Assembly (NCBI RefSeq): GCF_900232105.1
Contig: NZ_LT934425.1
Span: 3,870,001 to 3,902,000, forward strand
Reading direction: 5' to 3'
DNA from: Candidatus Kuenenia stuttgartensis
GTDB lineage: Bacteria; Planctomycetota; Brocadiia; Brocadiales; Brocadiaceae
DNA length: 32,000 nucleotides
The notes under the pieces are model-generated. The model did not search any database. It was not told where the DNA came from and saw only the letters and a list, made by a program, of their open reading frames with translations. The position numbers were made by a program, and so were the translations under genes. Below are positions 1 through 9,473 of the stretch, one piece after another. Positions within the stretch are counted from its first letter, which is position 1; each line of letters begins with the position of its first letter.

Positions 1-378
1 ACTGTTCATCGGATATCGCAAAAAACAGTGATGTTGATGAAAGATAAATTTGGGAGTTCGGGGGATGATATCCTTGTAGGTATTGGCCCTTCAATAGGGC
101 CGTGTTGCTACAAGGTAGATATAGCGACAATCGTTAAGAGTAATAACGATTTAAAAGAGAAAAGTGATATAGTTTTACATGAAAAACATGATGGCAAAGG
201 GCATTTTGATTTATGGACAACGAACAAATTACAGCTTATAAAAATGGGTATTCCGGAGAAAAATATAGAAATAGCTGAAAGGTGTACTTCCTGTAATAAT
301 GCCCTTTTTTATTCATATCGAAAAGAAAATGGGAGAACAGGAAGATTTGGTGTGGGGATCATGCTCAGGAGTAAATAA
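1..378 (+). CDS. YfiH/PgeF (laccase-domain, polyphenol oxidase family) protein, C-terminal part; 5' end outside the window
   Basis: Frame is open from base 1 (TVHRISQKTVMLMKDKFG...); GIGPSIGPCCY and C-terminal FDLWTTNKLQLIKMGIPEKNIEIAERCTSC...F.S.R.....GR motifs are typical of the family. Confidence 0.85.
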   Translation, partial: TVHRISQKTVMLMKDKFGSSGDDILVGIGPSIGPCCYKVDIATIVKSNNDLKEKSDIVLHEKHDGKGHFDLWTTNKLQLIKMGIPEKNIEIAERCTSCNNALFYSYRKENGRTGRFGVGIMLRSK

Positions 379-429
379 CACTCCGGGCCTTTTTCTCACC
401 CACGCCATAGCAAGATATGCGGTATTGCA

Positions 430-1293
430 CTACCTTAAATATTTACCAAAAACAACCTCTAATTTCTTTTTCGTCTCTTCTGGAACAATGTCCTTATTGG
501 TAATAATAGCATCCTTTGCCGCAGTAGCGCAAATACATGTCCTACTTTGCTTAATTTTGGGAATAGCTATTTTGAGTATTTTTTTTGCCATTTCCGCATT
601 TTTGTTAAGATTTGAGATAACCATTTCTAATGTAACGTGATCTTCTTCCTCATGCCAGCAATCATAATCTGTAGCCATTGCAAGTGTACTGTAACATATT
701 TCAGCTTCTCTGGCTAATTTCGCCTCTTGGAGATTAGTCATGCCTATAACGCTTACACCCCATTGGCGATACACATGTGATTCTGCGCGTGTAGAAAAAA
801 GGGGTCCTTCCATGCATAAATACGTGCCACCTTTATGTACACGGGCGTTCACGGATTTTGCTGATTCATGTAATAGTGTGGCAAGGTTATTGCAAACAGG
901 ATCGGCGAAGCTTACATGGCCTACAATGCCATTGCCAAAGAAAGTATTTATTCTACCACGGGTTCTGTCAAAAAACTGGTCAGGGATGACGATATCTAAA
1001 GGCTTTATTTCTTCTTTCATACTTCCTACAGCGCTTACGGCAATAATATGCCCAACGCCCAGCCTTTTCATTCCATAGATATTCGCCCTAAAATTGAGTT
1101 CAGAAGGCAATATAGTATGTCCCTTTCCATGTCGTGGTAAAAAAGCGACCCTTTTTCCTTCTAAAATTCCTAAAGTAAAATTATCGGAGGGTTTGCCGAA
1201 TGGAGTATCGATAGACAAAGATTCTACGTCGGTGATGCCTTCGATATCGTAAAGTCCACTCCCACCAATTATTCCAATCGTTTGTTCCTGCAT
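430..1293 (-). CDS. mtnP: S-methyl-5'-thioadenosine phosphorylase / purine nucleoside phosphorylase family
   Basis: 287 aa; IGIIGGSGLYDIEGI, RHGKGH, GGTYLCMEGPLFSTRAES, GMTNLQEAKLAREAEICYSTLAMATDYDCW motifs. Confidence 0.9.
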   Translation of the reverse strand: MQEQTIGIIGGSGLYDIEGITDVESLSIDTPFGKPSDNFTLGILEGKRVAFLPRHGKGHTILPSELNFRANIYGMKRLGVGHIIAVSAVGSMKEEIKPLDIVIPDQFFDRTRGRINTFFGNGIVGHVSFADPVCNNLATLLHESAKSVNARVHKGGTYLCMEGPLFSTRAESHVYRQWGVSVIGMTNLQEAKLAREAEICYSTLAMATDYDCWHEEEDHVTLEMVISNLNKNAEMAKKILKIAIPKIKQSRTCICATAAKDAIITNKDIVPEETKKKLEVVFGKYLR

Positions 1294-1793
1294 TTAATAT
1301 TTCTCCTTGTACATTATCTGTGTAAAGTAAAAGTGAGATTATGCTAAAATTATGTTGCCGGTGTCAATACATAAAATTTAGGAATAATTATTCTGCGTCG
1401 AATATTTTTGGCATAAATCTGACATAAATAAAGATCCTCTTTTCTTTGAAGGCTATCATTACATTATTGAGTTATTTTTAGGGGACAAATTACTAAAATA
1501 CTATCGATGCGTAAGAATAGCGCGGCATGATTCATTTGCGTTAAATAAAACAGTAGAAAACACTTGAAAACCAAATATGAAATCAATTAAACTATAAAAG
1601 TTTTTGCGCCTCATTGCACTGGCAAGCGGTAAAATTGGGTAACTACATCTTTATGATACGTTATTTTTTGAAAAATAACCCTTGGAGGATTAAATATTAA
1701 TAGCATACCTATTATTTAATTTTTTTATAATCGTAACATTTTTATTAGTAATGTATTAAGTTAATTCTTTGCTTTCAAAATAAAATAGAAAAT

Positions 1794-3716
1794 ATGGTTA
1801 AAGTAACATTACCTGACGGAACTAAAAAGGATTTCGAAGATAATATAACTATTGGTGAGGTCGCAAGTAACATAAACAGCAAGATGGGAGGGATCGCATT
1901 GGCTGCGAGGGCGGACGGAGTTCTGGTAGACCTTAATTATCCTATAAAAGATGATATTTCTCTTTCTGTTATTACGGAAGAAACACAGGAGGGACTGGAA
2001 ATAATACGCCACAGTACAGCGCATATTATGGCGCAGGCGGTTTGCAGACTTTTTCCTGGGGTAAAGCTTGGGATAGGTCCTACTATCGAAAACGGATTTT
2101 ATTATGACTTTGACTGTCCTAACCATTTTACCACAGAAGATCTGAAAAAGATCGAAGATGAAATGTTAAAAATCATAAAGGAAGATATTCGTTTTGAGAG
2201 AACAGATATGCCCCGGGAGTTAGCAGTAAAAGAAATGGAAAAAAGCGGACAACCGTATAAAGTGGAACTCATAAGAGACATTGAAGACGATACCGTTTCT
2301 TTCTACCGCCAAAATGAATTTATTGACCTATGTCGTGGACCTCATATTCAAAAGACGGGCAGGGTGAAATCTTTTAAACTCCTCAGTGTTGCAGGCGCTT
2401 ATTGGCGTGGGAAAGAAACGAATTCTATGTTACAGCGTATTTATGGCACAGCGTTCTTTACCAATGAGGATCTTAAAAAATACTTAAAGATGCTGGAGGA
2501 GGCTGAAAAGCGTGACCACCGGAAAATTGGCAAAGATTTGGATCTTTTCAGCTTTCATGAAGACGGCGGAGCTGGGCTTGCGTTCTGGCACCCTAAGGGC
2601 GCTAGAATGAGAAGCATCATTGAGGATTTTTGGAGACAAGAACATTTCAGGAGAGGGTACGAAATACTTTACAGTCCGCACATAGCAAAGATCAATCTGT
2701 GGAAGACGAGCGGCCATTGGGATTTTTACCGGGAGAGCATGTATTCACCTATCGATGTTGATGGACACGAATACATATTGAAACCAATGAATTGCCCTTT
2801 TGCAGTGCTTATATATAAAACAAAGCTGCACAGTTATCGCGATTTACCGTTACGATGGGGTGAATTGGGGACGGTATACCGGTATGAAAGATCCGGTGTA
2901 TTGCATGGTTTATTACGTGTGCGGGGTTTTACCCAGGATGATGCGCACATATTTTGTACCCCTGATCAGTTAGAACAGGAAATTTTAGAGGTAATTAAGC
3001 TGGCGCAATTTATGCTGTCGAGTTTTGGGTTTAATGAGTATGAGATCGAATTGAGTGTTCGCGGAAAAGGTGAAAAAGAAAAGTATATCGGCAGGGATGA
3101 TGTGTGGGATCATGCAGAAGATGCGTTAAAAATTGCGCTTGAGAAAACAGGGTTACATTACACGCGTATGGAAGGAGAGGCGAAATTTTATGGTCCTGCA
3201 ATCGACATAAAGGTAAAGGATGCTATCGGAAGAGGATGGCAAGGCCCTACGATACAGGTAGACTTTAATCTTCCGGAAAGATTTGACGTCAATTATGTGG
3301 GTTCCGATGGTTATCATCACAGGGTTGTGATGATCCATCGTACGGTCATGGGTGCGATGGAACGATTTATTGGATGCTTAATTGAACATTTTGCAGGAGA
3401 TTTTCCTCTGTGGATTGCGCCTATACAAATGAGAATATTATCGATAACAGACGCACAAATAGATTATGCGAAGAAATTGCAAACTGAGTTGCTTTTAAAG
3501 AATTTTAGGGTAGAATGCGATATTGGCAACAACAAAATTGGTTATAAAATCAGAGAAGGCACGTTACAAAAAATTCCTTACTTATTGATTGTTGGCAATA
3601 AAGAAATGGAAGAAGGATTAGTAGCTGTTCGTAGCAGGAAGAATGGGGATGAAGGGGCGCTTCCTGTTCGGGACTTTATTAGCAAAGTTGAGGAGGAGGT
3701 ACGGGGGAAAAAGTAA
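1794..3716 (+). CDS. thrS: Threonyl-tRNA synthetase
   Basis: 640 aa with TGS domain, HSTAHIMAQAV, class II motifs (MNCPF, RYERSGVLHGLLRVRGFTQDDAHIFC) and C-terminal anticodon-binding domain. Confidence 0.98.
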   Translation: MVKVTLPDGTKKDFEDNITIGEVASNINSKMGGIALAARADGVLVDLNYPIKDDISLSVITEETQEGLEIIRHSTAHIMAQAVCRLFPGVKLGIGPTIENGFYYDFDCPNHFTTEDLKKIEDEMLKIIKEDIRFERTDMPRELAVKEMEKSGQPYKVELIRDIEDDTVSFYRQNEFIDLCRGPHIQKTGRVKSFKLLSVAGAYWRGKETNSMLQRIYGTAFFTNEDLKKYLKMLEEAEKRDHRKIGKDLDLFSFHEDGGAGLAFWHPKGARMRSIIEDFWRQEHFRRGYEILYSPHIAKINLWKTSGHWDFYRESMYSPIDVDGHEYILKPMNCPFAVLIYKTKLHSYRDLPLRWGELGTVYRYERSGVLHGLLRVRGFTQDDAHIFCTPDQLEQEILEVIKLAQFMLSSFGFNEYEIELSVRGKGEKEKYIGRDDVWDHAEDALKIALEKTGLHYTRMEGEAKFYGPAIDIKVKDAIGRGWQGPTIQVDFNLPERFDVNYVGSDGYHHRVVMIHRTVMGAMERFIGCLIEHFAGDFPLWIAPIQMRILSITDAQIDYAKKLQTELLLKNFRVECDIGNNKIGYKIREGTLQKIPYLLIVGNKEMEEGLVAVRSRKNGDEGALPVRDFISKVEEEVRGKK

Positions 3717-3740
3717 TCTTAATTATGGAGGAGAACATAT

Positions 3741-4238
3741 ATTTCACAGATATTAAGGATTAACGAGCGCATCCGTGTTCAAAAAGTGAGGCTGATTGAC
3801 GAAAATAGTGAGCAAGTTGGGATAGTCAGCATAGATGAAGCGCTTGGACGGGCAAAAAGTGTGGAGATGGACTTGGTAGAGGTTGCTCCTGAAGCAGACC
3901 CTCCTGTTTGCCGGCTCATGAATTACGGCAAGTTTAAATATAAGCAAAAGAAGAAGAAAACGCAAAAACAGCGAGTGGTTCAGTTGAAGGAATTAAGAAT
4001 CAGGCCCAAAACAGGTGGACACGATATACAGACAAAAATCCGGCAGGCACGTAAATTTTTAGAAAATAAAGATCGGGTGCTTGTAATGATGCTTTTTAAA
4101 GGGCGTGAACGGGCTCATTCCGATATGGGTGATAGTGTTTTAAATCAATTTGCCGTAGAACTGGAAGATATTGCCAAGGTAGAGAAAGACCGCATTTCTG
4201 ATGACAGAAGGATGGGGATTATTTTATCTCCAAAGTAA
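3741..4238 (+). CDS. infC: Translation initiation factor IF-3, proposed AUU start at 3741 (ORF track starts at internal GTG 3786)
   Basis: Conserved N-terminus INERIRVQKVRLIDENSEQVG is encoded upstream of 3786; frame is closed at 3720-3722 (TAA) and has no ATG/GTG/TTG before 3786; SD GGAGGAG at 3727-3733 lies 7 nt before ATT 3741. Confidence 0.9.
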   Translation: MSQILRINERIRVQKVRLIDENSEQVGIVSIDEALGRAKSVEMDLVEVAPEADPPVCRLMNYGKFKYKQKKKKTQKQRVVQLKELRIRPKTGGHDIQTKIRQARKFLENKDRVLVMMLFKGRERAHSDMGDSVLNQFAVELEDIAKVEKDRISDDRRMGIILSPK

Positions 4239-4390
4239 AATAAAAAATGGTATATACTGCGAGGGTTCACAAATAGGGAGCTCCCGATTTGCATATTTGG
4301 CTTAACATTGACAGGTTGCTACGCGCAGGCAGATGCATATTTTATACGAGGAAACATCTTGTCCGTAGCTACAACTGTATTTTTTTGTGA

Positions 4391-4413
4391 TTTTTCAAAA
4401 AACTAAAGTGTTA
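4391..4413 (+). repeat. Solo IS66-end-like sequence between infC and rpmI
   Basis: TTTTTCAAAAAACTAAAGTGTTA, 22/23 identical to the IS TIR segment TTTTTCAAAGAACTAAAGTGTTA at 31362-31384. Confidence 0.6.
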
Positions 4414-4469
4414 AAAAAACTTTAATAGAGAAGAATGGGATTTTTAGTATTTGATAGAGGAAAGCACAC

Positions 4470-4667
4470 ATGCCAAAATTAAAACCACACAAAGGCCTTA
4501 AAAAAAGAGTGAAAATTACCGCAAATGGTAAAGTAATGAGGTCAAAAGCCGGGAAGAGTCACTTAATGTCTGGAAAATCGGGAAGAAGAAAACAACGGCT
4601 TAGAAAGAAGATTGAAGTATCTCCGGGTTTTAGCAAGAATATAAAGAGAGCAATGTTAGAAGAATAA
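4470..4667 (+). CDS. rpmI: Ribosomal protein bL35
   Basis: 65 aa MPKLKPHKGLKKRVKITANGKV...SHLMSGKSGRRKQRLRK; syntenic after infC. Confidence 0.96.
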   Translation: MPKLKPHKGLKKRVKITANGKVMRSKAGKSHLMSGKSGRRKQRLRKKIEVSPGFSKNIKRAMLEE

Positions 4668-4705
4668 ATTACGCGTTTTATTGTTTTTTTTGAAAGAGAA
4701 GTAAT

Positions 4706-5068
4706 ATGAGAGCTACAAATGGAAGTGCAAAAAAAAGATCCAGAAAGAGGCTGTTAAAAAAGACAAAGGGATACTGGGGCGGCAGAGGTAATTTATATAA
4801 AAAAGCCATCGAGACGTATATTCGCGCGATGGCATACTCTTTCAGGGATAGAAAAGTAAGGAAGCGGGAGTTTCGGAGTCTTTGGATTACAAGAATTAAT
4901 GCGGCTGTCCGTGAGCATGGGATTTCATACAGCCGTTTTATCCGTGGGCTAACGGTTGCTAAATTGGATATAAACAGGAAGATGTTGGCGGAGATGGCGG
5001 TTAATGATAAACCTGCCTTTGCTAATTTAGTGGAGATGGTAAAAGGAAAAGTAGGGGCGTCTCTATAA
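4706..5068 (+). CDS. rplT: Ribosomal protein bL20
   Basis: 120 aa; KGYWGGRGNLYKKAIETYIRAMAYSFRDRKVRKREFRSLWITRINAA. Confidence 0.97.
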   Translation: MRATNGSAKKRSRKRLLKKTKGYWGGRGNLYKKAIETYIRAMAYSFRDRKVRKREFRSLWITRINAAVREHGISYSRFIRGLTVAKLDINRKMLAEMAVNDKPAFANLVEMVKGKVGASL

Positions 5069-5230
5069 TTTCACCATACATTCACGGTTTAAAACCTCCC
5101 ATTATAACTCCAGGAAACATTTCTTCCATAATACAACAGAAATTAGTATAAATAAGGCACGCTTATTCCTTGCAAAATACAATGAATGGGCGTGCCTGTG
5201 TTTTTTATAAACATTAGGAAATTATTCATT

Positions 5231-6247
5231 ATGCCGGAAAAAATACAAGATGCCCAAAAAATGTTTCATAATGAAGTTGGCAAGATAAAAACACGGCAAG
5301 AGGCAGAGCAGCTTAGTGTGAAATATATTGGCAGGACCGGAATAGTCAGTGAATTAATGAAAGTCATACCAAAACTACCTGTGGATAAACGTGCCTCTTA
5401 TGGAAAACAGGTTAATGCTCTAAAAGATGAAATGTGCAGGACGCTTACCGATTTAATAAACAGCTTGTCTTTGGATAAAAAACCTGCAAACAAGAAAGAG
5501 TTTTTTGATGTTACATTGCCGGGAAAGCCAGCGGATGCAGGCAAAAAACACCCTATCACCCAAACTATCGATGATATCAAGGACGTTTTTGCCAGATTGG
5601 GGTTTGAGGTCGCTTACGGACCTGAAGTTGAGTTGGAGTATTATAACTTTGATGCACTGAACATTCCTTCCGACCATCCTTCCAGAACGGATTTTGATAC
5701 GTTCTATATAAAGGAAGATGTATTGTTGCGGAGTCAAACATCCACCGTTCAAATTCGCATTATGGAGAAGCAAAAACCGCCGGTTCGTATCATTGCGCCT
5801 GGCGTCGTTTACCGACCGGACACGGTAGATGCGCGTCATTCCTTTATGTTTCACCAGGTGGAAGGCTTGTTGGTGGATGAAAACGTAAGCTTTGCCGACC
5901 TGAAAGGCACGCTGAATCAATTTATAAAATCTTATTTTGGGCAGAATGTTCAAATGAGGCTCCGCCCTTCATTCTTTCCTTTTACGGAACCTAGCGCCGA
6001 GGTGGATATTTCCTGTTCTCTATGCAATGGCAAAGGATGCAGCGTATGCTCATATAGCGGATGGGTGGAAATCTTAGGGGCAGGAATGGTTGACCCTAAT
6101 GTGTTTGAGGCCGTTCATTATGATGCAGAAAAATATACGGGTTTTGCGTTTGGATTGGGAGTGGAAAGAGTCGCCATGTTAAAGTATGGCATAAATGATA
6201 TTCGTTTATTTTATGAAAATGATATACGTTTTCTTTCTCAATTTTGA
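5231..6247 (+). CDS. pheS: Phenylalanyl-tRNA synthetase alpha subunit (start at MPEKIQ preferred over the track's 5186)
   Basis: FDALNIPSDHPSRTDFDTFYI, RPDTVDARHSFMFHQVEGLLVD, GLGVERVAMLKYGINDIR. Confidence 0.95.
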   Translation: MPEKIQDAQKMFHNEVGKIKTRQEAEQLSVKYIGRTGIVSELMKVIPKLPVDKRASYGKQVNALKDEMCRTLTDLINSLSLDKKPANKKEFFDVTLPGKPADAGKKHPITQTIDDIKDVFARLGFEVAYGPEVELEYYNFDALNIPSDHPSRTDFDTFYIKEDVLLRSQTSTVQIRIMEKQKPPVRIIAPGVVYRPDTVDARHSFMFHQVEGLLVDENVSFADLKGTLNQFIKSYFGQNVQMRLRPSFFPFTEPSAEVDISCSLCNGKGCSVCSYSGWVEILGAGMVDPNVFEAVHYDAEKYTGFAFGLGVERVAMLKYGINDIRLFYENDIRFLSQF

Positions 6248-6293
6248 ATAGGATTTATACCTTTTTATAAGATTAAAATGAGAAAAGAGTGTT

Positions 6294-8303
6294 ATGAAGA
6301 TTAGCTATAGTTGGTTAAAAGAGTACGTTTGCTTTGATTTGTCTCCCAAAATGCTCGCAGATAAATTGACCAGCGCCGGATTGGTGGCGGCAGGCATTGA
6401 ACCTTTTGGGGATGACTACTGCATTGACCTGGAAGTTACTGCTAATCGTTCTGATTGCATGGGAATTATCGGCATTGCAAGAGAAGTGGCAGCTATTACA
6501 AAAGGAAGCCTGCAACTGCCATGCACGGATATTTCCCGTGAAGGTGATGGTGATATCTCTCAAAATGTTAAAGTAGATGTTAAAGAGCCGTTGCTGTGTT
6601 CACAGTATACAGCTCGTGTGATACGTAATATAATGGTGAAACCGTCTCCGGAGTGGTTGCAGAAAAGACTGAAATGCATTGGGCTTCGTCCTGTTAATAA
6701 TATTGTGGATATAACAAACTATGTAATGATGGAGTCGGGACAGCCCCTTCACGCATTTGATTTGGATAAGGTGTCAGGCGGACAAATACAAGTAAGGAAG
6801 GCGGAGAGCGGGGAAGAGATCGTTGCAATCAATGGCGCCAGACGTGTACTCTTTCATGACATGCTTATTATTGCTGATGAAAAGAGGCCGATCGCAATAG
6901 CCGGCGTAATTGGGGGAAAGGAAACGGAGGTAACAGATGTTACAAGAAATATTCTTATTGAATGCGCCCGATTTGAGCCGAGACAGGTGCGGCGTACTTC
7001 CAAATCGTTGGGAATTGTTTCTGATTCTTCCTGTCGTTTTGAAAGAGGTGTTGACCCATTGGGCTTAGATTTTGCGTCAAAAAGGGCAGCAAAACTAATC
7101 ATTGAGCATGCAGGCGGTGAAATGTGCAAAGGTATTATAGACGTTAGTGCAAATCGAATTGAAGCGAAAAAGGTAGTGCTTCGTATAGAAAGAGTAAAAA
7201 AGATTTTGGGAGTGGATATAAACAGAGATGTAATACTGGATATTCTAAGGAGTTTGCAGTTTAAAATTCTTAATTGTGCTGATACCTTTATTGATGTTGA
7301 AATTCCAGGTTTTCGTGGTGATGTGTCACGTGAAATTGATCTTATAGAAGAAGTGAGCAGGATTTATGACTATAATAATATTCCAGCCAAAACATCAATA
7401 GGCATTCGCGGCAGTAAAAAGAGTAAATACGAGATTGTAGAAAATCTTATTCGCAATAATTTAACAGGATTAGGATTTTATGAGACGAAGACCTTTAGTA
7501 TCGTTAATCATGCTTTTTTGAAGGGAGTGAATCTCTGGTCGGGTGAAGATGTTGTTGAAATAGCAAATCCTTTGCGACAGGAGGAAAGTATCTTACGTAC
7601 CTCGTTATTGCCCAGCCTGGCAAAAGTCAAGATACATAATGCAAATCATGCGTGCGAGAAGGTAAAACTCTTTGAAATAGCAAAAATTTATCTTAAAGGA
7701 GAAAAATTACCACACGAAAAGGTCGGTTTGTCACTATTAGATTCCGCAGGGTTTTTTGAGGGAAAAGGGATTGTTCAATCACTTTTAAAAAATCTTAAAA
7801 TACATGAAAAATGTGAGTGGGTAGCGTTCCATGAGAAAACGAGGTTATTTAATAATGAAAAGGCAGCGAAAATTTTAATGGACGGCAAAACCCTTGGCTA
7901 TATTGGCGAGGCAAGTAAGGAATTGGGCTTCAAAACGTTGTGTACTCTGATAGAGCTGGACGTAGATGCCTTAGTTGAAAAAGCTCATTTTGATAAAAAA
8001 TATTGCGAACCTTCTCCTTATCCAATGGTTAAGAGGGATTTTGCGATAGTTGTTGATGAAGAAAAAACGTGGGCGTCCATAGAAGATTGTATTAATGGCG
8101 CAAATATTTCCATCGTAAAAGAAGTAAATTATTTTGATATATACAGGGGAAAACAAATTCCCGAAGGAAAAAAAAGCATTGCATTTAATCTCTGTTTCCA
8201 ATCTTACGAAAGAACTCTAAAGAGCGAAGAGGTTGATGATGCGTCGGCTGTAATACTTGACGCTTTGTATAAAAAATTAGGGGCTGAATTGCGCACACAG
8301 TAA
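6294..8303 (+). CDS. pheT: Phenylalanyl-tRNA synthetase beta subunit, short form apparently lacking the EMAPII-like tRNA-binding domain
   Basis: 669 aa; B3/B4 (TANRSDCMGIIGIAREVA, GLRPVNNIVDITNYVMMESGQPLHAFD), B5 and C-terminal FDX-ACB (YPMVKRDFAIVVDE) present. Confidence 0.93.
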   Translation: MKISYSWLKEYVCFDLSPKMLADKLTSAGLVAAGIEPFGDDYCIDLEVTANRSDCMGIIGIAREVAAITKGSLQLPCTDISREGDGDISQNVKVDVKEPLLCSQYTARVIRNIMVKPSPEWLQKRLKCIGLRPVNNIVDITNYVMMESGQPLHAFDLDKVSGGQIQVRKAESGEEIVAINGARRVLFHDMLIIADEKRPIAIAGVIGGKETEVTDVTRNILIECARFEPRQVRRTSKSLGIVSDSSCRFERGVDPLGLDFASKRAAKLIIEHAGGEMCKGIIDVSANRIEAKKVVLRIERVKKILGVDINRDVILDILRSLQFKILNCADTFIDVEIPGFRGDVSREIDLIEEVSRIYDYNNIPAKTSIGIRGSKKSKYEIVENLIRNNLTGLGFYETKTFSIVNHAFLKGVNLWSGEDVVEIANPLRQEESILRTSLLPSLAKVKIHNANHACEKVKLFEIAKIYLKGEKLPHEKVGLSLLDSAGFFEGKGIVQSLLKNLKIHEKCEWVAFHEKTRLFNNEKAAKILMDGKTLGYIGEASKELGFKTLCTLIELDVDALVEKAHFDKKYCEPSPYPMVKRDFAIVVDEEKTWASIEDCINGANISIVKEVNYFDIYRGKQIPEGKKSIAFNLCFQSYERTLKSEEVDDASAVILDALYKKLGAELRTQ

Positions 8304-8335
8304 AATGTACGCAGGGAAGAACTGCTAAATTGATA

Positions 8336-8375
8336 AAAAGTCAAGCACAGTAGCTTATACTTTGTGTTGACTTTT
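8336..8375 (+). terminator. Hairpin downstream of pheT, possible terminator
   Basis: AAAAGTCAA-g-CACA / TGTG-TTGACTTTT stem (13 bp with one bulge) ending in TTTT. Confidence 0.45.
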
Positions 8376-8444
8376 AAGTTTCGCTTTGCTAAAAGGTAGA
8401 AACTGTATAATAACTTGCTAAGCGTAATAGGATAGACCGTCGTC

Positions 8445-8716
8445 ATGCCTACAATCTCGATGTTCTATGGCATTCTTATCCGGGTGTTTTCTATGATATG
8501 GATAAGCACAACGTGCCGCATATTCATGCCGAATATCAGGGACAAGTAGCGGTCTATTCGATTCATGATGGAACGGTCTTGGCTGGTGAGCTTCCGCCAT
8601 AGAAGCACAAGTTAGTCGTCGCATGGATTGAAATACATCAGGATGATTTACTTGCTGACTGGCAATTGGCAGTAAATGGTAAAAAACCGTTTCCAATTCG
8701 AGGACTTGACCAATGA
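8445..8716 (+). pseudogene. DUF4160-family protein, frameshifted and interrupted by TAG
   Basis: MPTISMFYGILIRVF [shift near 8488-8495] YDMDKHNVPHIHAEYQGQVAVYSIHDGTVLAGELPP [TAG 8600-8602] KHKLVVAWIEIHQDDLLADWQLAVNGKKPFPIRGLDQ. Confidence 0.7.
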
Positions 8717-8961
8717 ACATTGTAGAAATTGTTCCCAATGACAATTACACGCTGTACGTCAAAGTAGAAAATGGAAGAGCAGGTTTATTTGACGTAAAAC
8801 CTTACTTGGAATCAGAGGCCTTCGCGCCACTAAACGACAGAGTTGAATTCGAACGAGTTCACAACAGTGGGTACTTTGTCGAATGGGACTGCGGAGCGGA
8901 CCTTTCTGCCGATACGATACAGGCGCGATGGAAAACATTGTCAACCGAAAACGCCCAATAA
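8713..8961 (+). CDS. DUF2442 domain protein
   Basis: 82 aa; YTLYVKVENGRAGLFDVKPYLESEAFAPLND...VEWDCGADLSADTI; ATGA overlap with the DUF4160 stop. Confidence 0.75.
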   Translation: MNIVEIVPNDNYTLYVKVENGRAGLFDVKPYLESEAFAPLNDRVEFERVHNSGYFVEWDCGADLSADTIQARWKTLSTENAQ

Positions 8962-9015
8962 GGCGCTACACCAGCCGGCGCCAAAAAGCGGCGCGGTTGA
9001 GCTCAGGCGTTAAAC
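8953..9015 (+). repeat. attC-like site 1 (candidate integron cassette boundary)
   Basis: GCCCAAT (near RYYYAAC) ... GTTAAAC (matches GTTRRRY); internal GCTaCACC / GGTTGAGC and GCGCC/GGCGC complementarity; DUF2442 stop codon lies at the left core. Confidence 0.5.
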
Positions 9016-9036
9016 TGCTGAAAATATGGGAATACG

Positions 9037-9237
9037 TTGATGCCTCCAAAGGTAAGGGAACTGATTGCTGAATTAGAAAAGGAAGGCTTCGTAAATAGAG
9101 GTGGTAAAGGCAGCCATAGGAGTTTTGTCCACTCAAAAGTGCCTAAACCTATTACAATTTCAGGCAAACCTGGTGACGATGCAAAGCAATATCAGGTGCG
9201 AGCAGTACGCTTGGCACTGGAGGAGTTAAAAAAATGA
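9037..9237 (+). CDS. hicA: HicA-family mRNA interferase toxin
   Basis: 66 aa; KVRELIAELEKEGFVNRGGKGSHRSFVHSKVPKPITISGKPGDDAKQYQVRAVRLALEELKK. Confidence 0.82.
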   Translation: MMPPKVRELIAELEKEGFVNRGGKGSHRSFVHSKVPKPITISGKPGDDAKQYQVRAVRLALEELKK

Positions 9238-9473
9238 AAGACAGCGCAAAATACGCGAAAATCGTCGAATGGTCCGAAGAAGATCAGTGTTATATAGGGA
9301 GTGCGCCGGGACTGATTTATGGAGGTTGTCACGGCGATGACGAGCAACGGGTCTTTGAAGAACTTTGTCAGATTGTTGAGGAAGCCATCGAACTGTATCG
9401 GAAAGAAGGAATACTTTTGCCTCCTGCTACTTCCAGCCGTGACTTCGCAAACCGTATGCAAAGCATCGCATAA
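9234..9473 (+). CDS. hicB: HicB-family antitoxin
   Basis: 79 aa; YAKIVEWSEEDQCYIGSAPGLIYGGCHGDDEQRVFEELCQIVEEAIELY; 4-nt overlap with hicA. Confidence 0.82.
   Translation: MKDSAKYAKIVEWSEEDQCYIGSAPGLIYGGCHGDDEQRVFEELCQIVEEAIELYRKEGILLPPATSSRDFANRMQSIA

Noticed and set aside
740-1078. Plus-strand ORF of 112 aa
   Set aside because: Fully antisense to the well-supported mtnP gene, with no recognisable protein features.
4239-4469. L20-type autoregulatory leader between infC and rpmI
   Set aside because: I could not identify a convincing conserved stem or mimic of the 23S L20 site by eye; only the IS-end-like sequence was clear.
5453-5953. 166-aa minus-strand ORF
   Set aside because: Antisense shadow of pheS; the plus-strand protein is clearly PheS.
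8418-8744. 108-aa minus-strand ORF
   Set aside because: Plus strand shows a decayed DUF4160 gene, which explains the conserved sequence better.
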